Shown here: piece after piece, positions 1 through 7,329 of the stretch
Layout: the number at the start of each line of letters is the position of its first letter
How positions within the stretch are numbered: position 1 is the stretch's first letter
DNA from: Alphaproteobacteria bacterium
Lineage (GTDB): Bacteria; Pseudomonadota; Alphaproteobacteria; RF32; CAG-239
Reading direction: 5' to 3'
Assembly (NCBI GenBank): GCA_017475935.1
Contig: JAFVEP010000024.1
Location: forward strand, 1-56,155
Length of the DNA: 56,155 nt
Translations under genes and position numbers: made by a program
Notes under the pieces: generated by a model
Database searches by the model: none
Told to the model about the DNA's origin: nothing
The model's input: only the letters and a program-made list of their open reading frames with translations

Positions 1-240
1 CAAAAGGAAAAAGAAAAACAACAGGAAAAAGAACGCCAAAAACAAAAGGAAAAAGAAAAACAACAGGAAAAAGAACGCCAAAAACAAAAGGAAAAAGAAA
101 AACAACAGGAAAAAGAACGCCAAAAACAAAAGGAAAAAGAAAAACAACAGGAAAAAGAACGTCAAAAACAAAAGGAAAAAGAGAAGCAACAGGAAAAAGA
201 ACGTCAAAAACAAAAAGAAAAAAAGGCCGAAAAGTCAAAA
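1..240 (+). repeat. 42-nt in-frame tandem repeat, about 5.5 copies, near-perfect
   Basis: caaaaggaaaaagaaaaacaacaggaaaaagaacgccaaaaa recurs at 1, 43, 85, 127 and 169 with only c/t wobble changes. Confidence 0.9.
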
Positions 241-1260
241 GCTCCGGAAACAAACGAGGATACATTCGACTCGCGGCAAGACACGGACGTTGATGACTTT
301 TTGCTCAATAAGAATATTTTGCCTCAAACTTCGGAAACACAAGATTTTACATCTTTTTCCGCCTCTGATCCGGATGAAGAAGATCTTCCCGACGCTTTGC
401 CTGACTTATCTGACATAGAGGATGATATTCCTTTGCATGCGGATATGCATATACCAAGAGATGTTCCAACGCCAGAAGACAGCCGTTTTTCTAAAGCAGA
501 ACCAGTCGAAACGAAAGACGCACCGACAAAAGCGAAGGAAACCACTGTACCTCAACCGGCCAAAGCCCCAAAAATTAAGGCCTACGACGATGCTATGCTC
601 AAAATCAAAGAGGCTCTCGAATCAAATGAGACCGTTTCTCTGAATGATATGGATGACGCCGGTCCCGTTTCCTTAAGCAATGAAGACGACACCGATCTGG
701 CCGATGTATTTGAAACCGCAAGCGAAGACACAACCGATGTCATGGAAAATGCATCGCCTGATGTTGCGGAAAACCAATCCACTGATGAGGCGTTTGAACC
801 GGCCGACGAAGAACCGATCGCCGATAAAAACGACGATTGGGAATATGTTGATGAAAATGATAAAGCGATCACCGATGCAGACGGCGATTGGGAATATGTC
901 GATGAAAACGGTAATCCGATCACCGATGCAGACGGCGATTGGGAATATGTCGACGAAAACGGCAATCCGATCACCGATGCGGACGGCGATTGGAAATACG
1001 TCGATGACGATCAAAAAACAGCCGACATTGCCAATGCTTTCAACGAAACGTCTTCCGCAGAAGATCAACCTCTCGACGATGCTATCGGCAAGGCCTTCAA
1101 CGATCAACCGTTTGACGACGCGACAGATGATCTGGCCGATGCTTTTGCCGAATCCGCACCGCAATCGAATGAACCTGCGCAAGATGATGCGCTGGCTGAT
1201 GCCTTCGCTTCCGATTCGCCGGATCCTTTGGCGAGTGCTTTTGAGGATAAAAACACATAA
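1..1260 (+). CDS. 5'-truncated CDS continuing upstream of the window. Repeat-rich protein with K/E-rich 14-aa repeats followed by a strongly acidic C-terminal half
   Basis: Frame 1 is open from nt 1 to the TAA at 1258-1260, so the ORF-track TTG start at 301 is a window-edge artefact. nt 1-240 encode (QKEKEKQQEKERQK)n. 832-1011 encode DWEYVDENGNPITDADG repeats. Confidence 0.7.
   Translation, partial: QKEKEKQQEKERQKQKEKEKQQEKERQKQKEKEKQQEKERQKQKEKEKQQEKERQKQKEKEKQQEKERQKQKEKKAEKSKAPETNEDTFDSRQDTDVDDFLLNKNILPQTSETQDFTSFSASDPDEEDLPDALPDLSDIEDDIPLHADMHIPRDVPTPEDSRFSKAEPVETKDAPTKAKETTVPQPAKAPKIKAYDDAMLKIKEALESNETVSLNDMDDAGPVSLSNEDDTDLADVFETASEDTTDVMENASPDVAENQSTDEAFEPADEEPIADKNDDWEYVDENDKAITDADGDWEYVDENGNPITDADGDWEYVDENGNPITDADGDWKYVDDDQKTADIANAFNETSSAEDQPLDDAIGKAFNDQPFDDATDDLADAFAESAPQSNEPAQDDALADAFASDSPDPLASAFEDKNT
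832..1011 (+). repeat. 48-51-nt in-frame tandem repeat, about 3.5 copies, encoding an acidic 17-aa unit
   Basis: gacggcgattgggaatatgtcgatgaaaacgg(t/c)aatccgatcaccgatgc(a/g) is repeated at 880 and 931, with diverged copies at 832 and 982. Confidence 0.85.
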
Positions 1261-1321
1261 AAAAATTATTTACAAATCATCACCGGATGATTAAAATAGC
1301 AACCAACAAAAGGATGGAAAT

Positions 1322-1792
1322 ATGGCTGAAAAAGGGAATAAAAACGTTGTTTCAAAAGACATGCTCTGGTATGTCGACAACTATATTGTCTTAATCGATT
1401 ATTATGATCGAACAATTTCGCGTATTGCCGCCCGTTGCGTGCGTTTGGGCAATATTGCGTTGGAAGAATACAAATTTTACCCGTACATTTTGGATGTGTT
1501 GGAAGAGATCTGCGATACGGGAAATTTCATTTTGGAACACAACGAACTTTACCCGTATGTCGAAAAGAAGATCGCCGGCGGCATTGAAGCGCTGAAGAAA
1601 AATCTGTCCATCTATCAGGAAGAATTGACGAACAACCAATCTCCGGAAATGCTGCGTGCGGATCCGAATGAGGGTAAAAAAATCAACGAAGCCTTGAGCA
1701 ACTTTGACAAGGCGGTTGATCCGACCGTCGGTGCCGGCATGAATATTGATGATTTGATGGAAAAACTCATGTCAGAAAACAATCAAGGATAG
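1322..1792 (+). CDS. hypothetical protein (156 aa), no recognisable domain
   Basis: Intact ORF with AAGGATGG upstream of the ATG, co-directional and tightly spaced with flanking genes. Confidence 0.6.
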   Translation: MAEKGNKNVVSKDMLWYVDNYIVLIDYYDRTISRIAARCVRLGNIALEEYKFYPYILDVLEEICDTGNFILEHNELYPYVEKKIAGGIEALKKNLSIYQEELTNNQSPEMLRADPNEGKKINEALSNFDKAVDPTVGAGMNIDDLMEKLMSENNQG

Positions 1793-1817
1793 CCTATTAC
1801 AATAGAGAGTAAGACCA

Positions 1818-3173
1818 ATGAAAAAAACAAACATTTTACGTATTGCCCATCTTTCCGCCCTTTTCATCTTAGGGTTGACCGGTTGTATGAGTGAAAAGGC
1901 CAGATTTGTTGATCCGGCGCAAGCACAGGATACTCCTTTGACTGCCGAAGCAAACAACACAACACCTTCAACTTTGGTTGAAATGCTCCCAACGCAAATT
2001 TTCGCTTCATCCGCTGTCAATGAAGAACCGATCAAAAAGGATCCGCAGGAACCGAACATGATCCGCACACCGCGCGGCGCTAATGAGTTAGATTTGGAAA
2101 CACCGCTGCGTTGTAATGTCAACTGGGAAACTCAACAAATGGTTCTGACGCTTCCTTATGAAAAATCCGCATTTAAACTTGAGCGCAACGGCCATAACGA
2201 TCCCCTGCCGCGCTTTGAAGTAACCGGCTTTGATTTTGAGATGATGCCGGCCGAACAAGCCATTGTCAAGCTCACGAAAGAAGCAGGAATCCGCGTCTCA
2301 TCTGCTGATGGTCCATATACCAGTATTTCCGCAACGGATTTGAAAGGCGAGCTGTCAGCGGTCTTGAAGATGATCGCCGATTCGGCCGGAATTTACTATA
2401 CCTATGACGCCAAGGATAAGATTCTGACTTTAAGCCGTCGGGTAAACATGACTCTTTCCACACCGCCGTCCCGTCCGATTATCTTAGGTTTAATGGATGT
2501 TATCCGCGGTGCCGGCATTACGGATATTGTCACCAACTGGGCAGACTACACTATTACCTTTGATGCGGATATTGAAACACAAAACAAAATGGTCGAGTTA
2601 ATTAATTTCTTTGAAAACAGCCCGACTCTGGTTGCTTACGACGTGAGCGTTTTCCGTCTTTATCCGTTCGATACATCTCGTGATATTGAGTGGAAAAACA
2701 TGCTGCAAGCTTTCGATTTTGGCTCTATTACAACCGCGCAGACCGGTGTTATCGGCCGCGTTTTAACGACCACCAACGAAATTTCCGTCGAAAAACTGCA
2801 GCAATTCCTCGGCAACCAAGCAACCATCGAAAAAGTTTCCGAAGGCAAATTCGTGGTTCCGAATCTATGGCTGGCTCGTTTCGACATCGGCAAATGCAGC
2901 ATGCCGGAAGCCGACGTCTACGGCATGTCAATTTTAGCCAAAGCTTCGCTTGAAAAGAATAACCTGATTTTCACGGATGTCACGATGGAAGAAACCAACG
3001 GACAGGTAACAAATTTCAAAATCCGTAATAAATTAGGTGAAAACTTCTTAATTATCGGATTACCGAATGAACTGTTTGGAACGAATTTGCCGAAATCCGA
3101 AACAATTGTATTCATGGTTCCGCGCCTGATTCGCACATTAAAAACGAACGAAAAGATCAAAAACAAGTTATAA
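1818..3173 (+). CDS. outer-membrane lipoprotein with secretin-like N0 and C-terminal motifs
   Basis: Signal peptide with lipobox LTGC (MKKTNILRIAHLSALFILGLTGC). The segment FDFEMMPAEQAIVKLTKEAGIRVS...ELSAVLKMIADSAGIYYTYDAKDKILTLS resembles a secretin N0/STN pattern. The C-terminus GENFLIIGLP...SETIVFMVPRLI resembles the end of a secretin domain. Family assignment is by eye only. Confidence 0.45.
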   Translation: MKKTNILRIAHLSALFILGLTGCMSEKARFVDPAQAQDTPLTAEANNTTPSTLVEMLPTQIFASSAVNEEPIKKDPQEPNMIRTPRGANELDLETPLRCNVNWETQQMVLTLPYEKSAFKLERNGHNDPLPRFEVTGFDFEMMPAEQAIVKLTKEAGIRVSSADGPYTSISATDLKGELSAVLKMIADSAGIYYTYDAKDKILTLSRRVNMTLSTPPSRPIILGLMDVIRGAGITDIVTNWADYTITFDADIETQNKMVELINFFENSPTLVAYDVSVFRLYPFDTSRDIEWKNMLQAFDFGSITTAQTGVIGRVLTTTNEISVEKLQQFLGNQATIEKVSEGKFVVPNLWLARFDIGKCSMPEADVYGMSILAKASLEKNNLIFTDVTMEETNGQVTNFKIRNKLGENFLIIGLPNELFGTNLPKSETIVFMVPRLIRTLKTNEKIKNKL

Positions 3174-3185
3174 TCGGAGAAAGCT

Positions 3186-3818
3186 ATGCCTGAAAATCAA
3201 AATCATCCAATGGGAACAAACGGACCGCGTAAAATCCGCAAGATTAAACGTGTCAGACCGGCGGCGCCGCAACCGCAGGCTTATGGTATGCCGAGTAAAG
3301 TCAACTACGCTGAACCAATTCAACCGGCACCGCAAGATCAAGACGATCTGCCGTTGGAAGCCTATTTCGGAGATAACGGCGATTCAGAAAACATCCGTTT
3401 TGTAACTGATGAAGATGTTGCCCCGCAAGCTCAAGAAACCATCGGTTATTTTTTCCGCAACAAAACCGTTTTATTATTACTGGCCTTGTTCACGCTTTTC
3501 GGCATTATCATCGGCGCAACCATGTTTTCTCAAAAACAAGCCGCTCGCGGACGCGGGTTAGATGGTGTTGTCTTTAATCAAGATGTTCCGGCCGGCCGGT
3601 CACGTTGCGGTTTAGTTGAACCGCACCAAGGCTGCGTTCTGTACATCATGAATCCTAAAAATCAAGAAGTAACCGGCAGAGACTTTTTCGCCACTGCTGC
3701 TCAATGGACAAAGCGCCAGCGTTATCTGATAGATACCGGCAACATGCGTTACAGCAACGTACGCATCAAACCGGGATATATTGCACAAATCAATATTCCG
3801 CCGATATCCAATCAATAA
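3186..3818 (+). CDS. bitopic membrane protein (210 aa) with a Pro/acidic cytoplasmic N-terminus, one TM helix and a periplasmic C-domain
   Basis: GGAGAAAG RBS. TM helix TVLLLLALFTLFGIIIGATMF. Located 12 nt after the lipoprotein gene. Confidence 0.6.
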   Translation: MPENQNHPMGTNGPRKIRKIKRVRPAAPQPQAYGMPSKVNYAEPIQPAPQDQDDLPLEAYFGDNGDSENIRFVTDEDVAPQAQETIGYFFRNKTVLLLLALFTLFGIIIGATMFSQKQAARGRGLDGVVFNQDVPAGRSRCGLVEPHQGCVLYIMNPKNQEVTGRDFFATAAQWTKRQRYLIDTGNMRYSNVRIKPGYIAQINIPPISNQ

Positions 3819-3823
3819 AAGCA

Positions 3824-3852
3824 TTGACAAAAAGAAAATATTGTGCTACATC
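3824..3852 (+). promoter_or_regulatory. candidate sigma70-type promoter with extended -10
   Basis: TTGACA (3824-3829), 17-nt spacer ending in TGc, then TACATC (3847-3852). Lies about 40 nt upstream of the 3890 ATG. Confidence 0.35.
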
Positions 3853-3889
3853 TGACTCGCTTTGATGTATTACTTAATTTTTAATTTTT

Positions 3890-4078
3890 ATGGACAACAA
3901 CACAACAACCGTCAACGGGATTACCTACTGTAATTTCTGTTGCAAAGAGTTGCAAAACGGCGAAGAATGTGATTGCGCAGCCTCACAGCGTGCCGCTGAA
4001 AAAGCCAAGAAAAAGGCCGAGCGCGCCAAGTTAAACAAACATAATGAAACACCGCCGCGCCGTAAAACCTTGTGGTAA
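3890..4078 (+). CDS. small Cys-rich protein (62 aa) with a basic C-terminal tail
   Basis: Contains CNFCC...CDC followed by AEKAKKKAERAKLNK. Has its own promoter-like site and a strong terminator. No clear SD. Confidence 0.45.
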   Translation: MDNNTTTVNGITYCNFCCKELQNGEECDCAASQRAAEKAKKKAERAKLNKHNETPPRRKTLW

Positions 4079-4080
4079 TC

Positions 4081-4118
4081 AAAAGATCCTGCTCTTTTCG
4101 GGCAGGATCTTTTGTCTT
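4081..4118 (+). terminator. rho-independent terminator
   Basis: Perfect 11-bp stem AAAGATCCTGC/GCAGGATCTTT with a 9-nt loop, then TTTTGTCTTT. Confidence 0.8.
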
Positions 4119-4169
4119 TAAGTGTGTAATCAAAACATCTTCCCTTTCGCGACGCTGCGCTATAATCCT

Positions 4170-4239
4170 ATTTACTGTCATTTCTCGAAGTGCGCTGCGC
4201 GTCACTTCGTCAAGAAATCTCATCTTTGCGTAGCACTAT
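4170..4239 (+). repeat. 70-nt hairpin unit (type B), preceded by a partial tail-only unit at about 4134-4162
   Basis: Head tttactgtcat, then hairpin TTTCT/CGAAGTG/CGC-tgc-GCG/t/CACTTCG/tca/AGAAA, then tail tctcatctttgcgtagcactata. About 97% identical to 55938-56007. Confidence 0.8.
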
Positions 4240-4266
4240 ATTTTTTTAATTCGAAAATACCCTGAT

Positions 4267-4440
4267 CTCGTGTGTCCCATACTCGGAGGCATGACTTTTT
4301 ATTAATTGATAAAAAACACTTGACTTTTGCTGCGGGGGTAATGTGAAAAAAAATATTTTTAAACAGATAAAGTCACCCCTGTTTTTCGCTTTGAAAGCGA
4401 AAAATTGAAGGGGCTCCCGAATCTTAATGCAAAAGGAGAA
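4267..4440 (+). promoter_or_regulatory. conserved promoter/leader cassette, copy 1, upstream of a pilin-like ORF
   Basis: About 90% identical to 56031-56155. Contains TTGACT (4319-4324), G5 (4333-4337), TAATGT (4338-4343), a long leader hairpin at 4375-4412 (CCCC-tg-TTTTTCGCTTT-g-AAAGCGAAAAA-ttgaa-GGGG) and the RBS AAAGGAG at 4431-4437. Confidence 0.5.
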
Positions 4441-4445
4441 GTAAC

Positions 4446-4598
4446 ATGGGAACAAAAACAAACCAATCCGGTCGCAGTATGATTGAAATGCTGGGCGTCT
4501 TGGCCATCATTGGCGTTCTGTCAGTGGGAGGCATCGCCGGCTATTCCAAAGCAAAGGCGTCATTCTTAAATTCAGATAAATTCATATCATCTTTTTAA
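4446..4598 (+). pseudogene. truncated type IV pilin-like gene (50 codons: class III signal plus N-terminal helix only)
   Basis: Encodes MGTKTNQSGRSMIEMLGVLAIIGVLSVGGIAGYSKAKASFLNSDKFISSF*. The first 36 codons match the 47438 pilin at 34/36 residues. Homology stops after GYSKA and a stop follows 13 codons later. Below the ORF-track cutoff. Confidence 0.55.
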
Positions 4599-4662
4599 CA
4601 AATATTAATATTTTTGTTTCATACTCTGACACAGAAGTAACATTTTCAAAGCAGAGGTTTTT

Positions 4663-4977
4663 ATGGAAACAACGAATAAAGATTTAGTCATCGAGCAAAA
4701 GCATGAAGGAACAAAGTTAACATGTACTCTTTCGGGGTGGTTGGATCCGAACACATCGCCGAAATTAATTGAACAAATCGATCTGGCGGAGATTAAGGAA
4801 CTTGTTTTTGACATGAAAAATGTCGAATATGTTTTTTCGGCCGGTTTACGTGCATTCATGATTTTTCAAAGAATAATGGATGCACAGAACGGAACGATCA
4901 AATTAATTAACGTATCCGATCAAGTCAGATCTATTTTTGAATACACCGGTTTTGAAAGCCTTTTAGAACCTAAATAA
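4663..4977 (+). CDS. STAS-domain anti-sigma-factor antagonist (SpoIIAA/RsbV-like)
   Basis: 104 aa. Contains VEYVFSAGLRAFMIF...IKLINVSDQVRSIFEYTGF, typical of the STAS fold with a phosphorylatable Ser. Confidence 0.8.
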   Translation: METTNKDLVIEQKHEGTKLTCTLSGWLDPNTSPKLIEQIDLAEIKELVFDMKNVEYVFSAGLRAFMIFQRIMDAQNGTIKLINVSDQVRSIFEYTGFESLLEPK

Positions 4978-4982
4978 CGAAC

Positions 4983-7319
4983 ATGCTCAAATCTTGGTTT
5001 CGCAAACACTCCCTGAATTTCAAGTTAAATATAAGCATTTTAACTTGCGTTTGCTTAGGCTTTTTTGGCCTCATAACTTTTATTTCGCAATATGCCGAAC
5101 CGATTATTCAATCTCAAAGTGAACACAACGCCAAACAGACCGTTGATTCATATATTGCCGATATAACCTTTTTGGTTTCGGACACAGAGCGAATTGTTCT
5201 TAACACCAAGAACACTCTTGACCAACTGTCCAGCACGGATATGGAATCATTATTGGTCGTTTTGAATTCAGCCATCAAGACCGGCAGCAATTCAACTCTG
5301 ACTTTCACGAATGCTTGGGTTTACATTTTCCAGCCAAACAATGTCATCAAAGGCAATTTATATATCAGCACGAAGGAAAATGGCGAAACTTATTTCAAAT
5401 CAGAAAAGGTGAGCAATTTTTATGATCGTTTTCCGTGGTTTAAGGAAGTTCCCAAAAAAGAAAAAATCTACTGGTCTGAGCCATACAAAGATAAGACTTC
5501 CGGTCAGGTTGTCGTCACCTGTTTGGTTCCGTTTAAATTTAAGGATACTGGCGATTTCAGCGGATTAGTTGCCCTAACCGTTGACTTAAGCCGTATACAA
5601 GAAAGCATCAATCATTTTTCGTATTATAAATCCGGAAAACTTTTGCTCTTATCGCGAACCGGATTATATGTCACGCATCCGAATCCAAACATCGCACTTA
5701 AAAAAACAATTTTCGATCTGGCTGATGAACTCAATCTCGATCAACTGGCCTATGTCGGCATGGAGCTTGCCAAAGGTAAATCGGGACAGATTGAAATAGA
5801 TCACTCCTCCGTTATCAGCGGACAAGCAATATTTTTCTATGCGCCGATCAAAAAACTCGGTTGGGGATTTTGTCTTGTTTATTCAAAAAAGGAATTTTTA
5901 CGGCCGATTCATCATTTCCAAATCATTGTTTTATTAGCCTTTTGCGCCGGCGCTGTTTTGCTGTTTTTCCTGATCAGCCACATCTGCCGCAAGTCAACCG
6001 ATCAACTTCTTACGCTAAGCTCCTTAGCAACCCAATATGGCAACGGCGATTTTACGGAAAATTTCAAGGATAACCCGTCTTCATCGGATATAAACGTTAT
6101 TGCCAATGCCCTAACCAGCATGAAGGAAAATTTGCTCAATTACATCGAGAAGGAAAGAAAAACAGCTTCCGATCAGCAAAGAAACGAAAGTGAACTTGAA
6201 ATTGCGCACAGCATACAGAAATCCGCCTTGTCGGAACAATATCCGCAGCACGAAGCTTTCGATATTTCAACTTTAATGATACCGGCCAAACAAATCGGCG
6301 GCGATTTTTACGATTTCTTTTTCATCAATGAAAATCGATTTGCCTTTGTTATTGCAGATGTTTCAGGAAAAGGCATTCCGGCCGCATTGTTCATGATGAA
6401 AGCGCAAACGCTGATTAAAAATGCCTGCAAAAACAACCGCGATCTGGCGAGTGCCATTCACTTAGCCAACAACGAGCTGTGCGAAGGCAACGAATCGTGC
6501 ATGTTTGTCACGGCATTCATCGCCGTTGTCGATCTGATCAGCGGTAATATGAACTTTGTCAATGCCGGACACACCATTCCGCTTTTTTATACAAATGATA
6601 AATATCGTTTCCTCAACCCGCAAAAAAATATTGTACTGGGTGCTAAAGAAAATGCTGAATTTGTGGCCGAAAAAATTTCACTTACTTCCGGAGATCGTGT
6701 GTTTATATACACAGACGGCGTGACCGAAGCCGAAAACGAAGAATCCGATTTTTATGGCGAAAAAAGATTGGAACACGTATTGCAAAAAATATCTTCTTCG
6801 CCGACTCGCAATTTGCATAACGTTCTGCAAGACATTAAAAAATTCACCAAAACCGCACCGCAATCAGACGATATTGCCATGCTTGAATTTGTTTACAACG
6901 GCTTCAAAACGGGCTCTATTGTCTTTGCCGCCGATTTAAAAAATCTGGCCGGTATGATTAACTTCTTAAAAGGTGAAATGAACAAGCACAACCTTTCGGA
7001 AGCAGCGCAATTTGCCATGATCAGCGCCGCCGAGGAAATATTCAGCAACATTGCTCTTTATGCCTACAAATCGGAGGAAAACGGCACCATCAAAATCAAA
7101 ACTTTCACCAAAGATGATAAATTTTATGCCTCATTCTCCGACAGCGGAAAACCATATAATCCGCTGGCTAAAAAAGATCCGGATATTAAGCAGGATATCA
7201 AAAAGCGCGAAGTCGGCGGTTTAGGCGTATTTTTAGCCAAAAAACTGACCGATGACATATCCTACAGCTACAAAAAGGGATTAAACATCCTAACCATCGG
7301 TATTTCTTTACATAAATAG
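4983..7319 (+). CDS. membrane sensor (Cache-like periplasmic domain and HAMP) fused to a PP2C/SpoIIE phosphatase and a C-terminal RsbW-like HATPase kinase domain
   Basis: Two TM helices flank a region of about 280 aa. PP2C motifs GGDFYDFF, FVIADVSGKG, YTDGVTEA and DDIAML. C-terminal EEIFSNIALYAY...GGLGVFLAKKLTDDISY. Confidence 0.8.
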   Translation: MLKSWFRKHSLNFKLNISILTCVCLGFFGLITFISQYAEPIIQSQSEHNAKQTVDSYIADITFLVSDTERIVLNTKNTLDQLSSTDMESLLVVLNSAIKTGSNSTLTFTNAWVYIFQPNNVIKGNLYISTKENGETYFKSEKVSNFYDRFPWFKEVPKKEKIYWSEPYKDKTSGQVVVTCLVPFKFKDTGDFSGLVALTVDLSRIQESINHFSYYKSGKLLLLSRTGLYVTHPNPNIALKKTIFDLADELNLDQLAYVGMELAKGKSGQIEIDHSSVISGQAIFFYAPIKKLGWGFCLVYSKKEFLRPIHHFQIIVLLAFCAGAVLLFFLISHICRKSTDQLLTLSSLATQYGNGDFTENFKDNPSSSDINVIANALTSMKENLLNYIEKERKTASDQQRNESELEIAHSIQKSALSEQYPQHEAFDISTLMIPAKQIGGDFYDFFFINENRFAFVIADVSGKGIPAALFMMKAQTLIKNACKNNRDLASAIHLANNELCEGNESCMFVTAFIAVVDLISGNMNFVNAGHTIPLFYTNDKYRFLNPQKNIVLGAKENAEFVAEKISLTSGDRVFIYTDGVTEAENEESDFYGEKRLEHVLQKISSSPTRNLHNVLQDIKKFTKTAPQSDDIAMLEFVYNGFKTGSIVFAADLKNLAGMINFLKGEMNKHNLSEAAQFAMISAAEEIFSNIALYAYKSEENGTIKIKTFTKDDKFYASFSDSGKPYNPLAKKDPDIKQDIKKREVGGLGVFLAKKLTDDISYSYKKGLNILTIGISLHK

Positions 7320-7329
7320 ATTGATAAAA

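Noticed and set aside
301-1260. ORF-track start (TTG at 301) for the acidic repeat protein
   Set aside because: The same frame is open all the way to nt 1 and encodes coherent 14-aa repeats. The gene is truncated by the window edge and does not initiate at 301.
673-1294. 169-aa minus-strand and 204-aa plus-strand ORFs overlapping the acidic protein gene
   Set aside because: These are alternative-frame and antisense shadows of a repetitive, compositionally biased gene. They have low-complexity products and no RBS.
3921-4223. 100-aa minus-strand ORF, plus the 71-aa ORF at 4246-4461 and the 80-aa and 71-aa ORFs at 55777-56059
   Set aside because: They run through the terminator, hairpin units and leader cassette. 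The reading frames are not conserved between the two cassette copies because indels break them.
4284-4304. Conserved 4-codon mini-ORF after GGAGG (ATG ACT TTT TAT TAA; ATG ATT TTT TAT TAA in copy 2)
   Set aside because: The SD-like GGAGG is only 1 nt from the ATG, too close for initiation. The conservation is explained by the cassette being conserved as a whole.
4595-4625. AT-rich palindrome aacaaatattaatatttttgtt after the pilin stump, as a terminator or operator
   Set aside because: The stem is entirely A/T with no loop and has very low predicted stability. It cannot be distinguished from AT-rich intergenic background.
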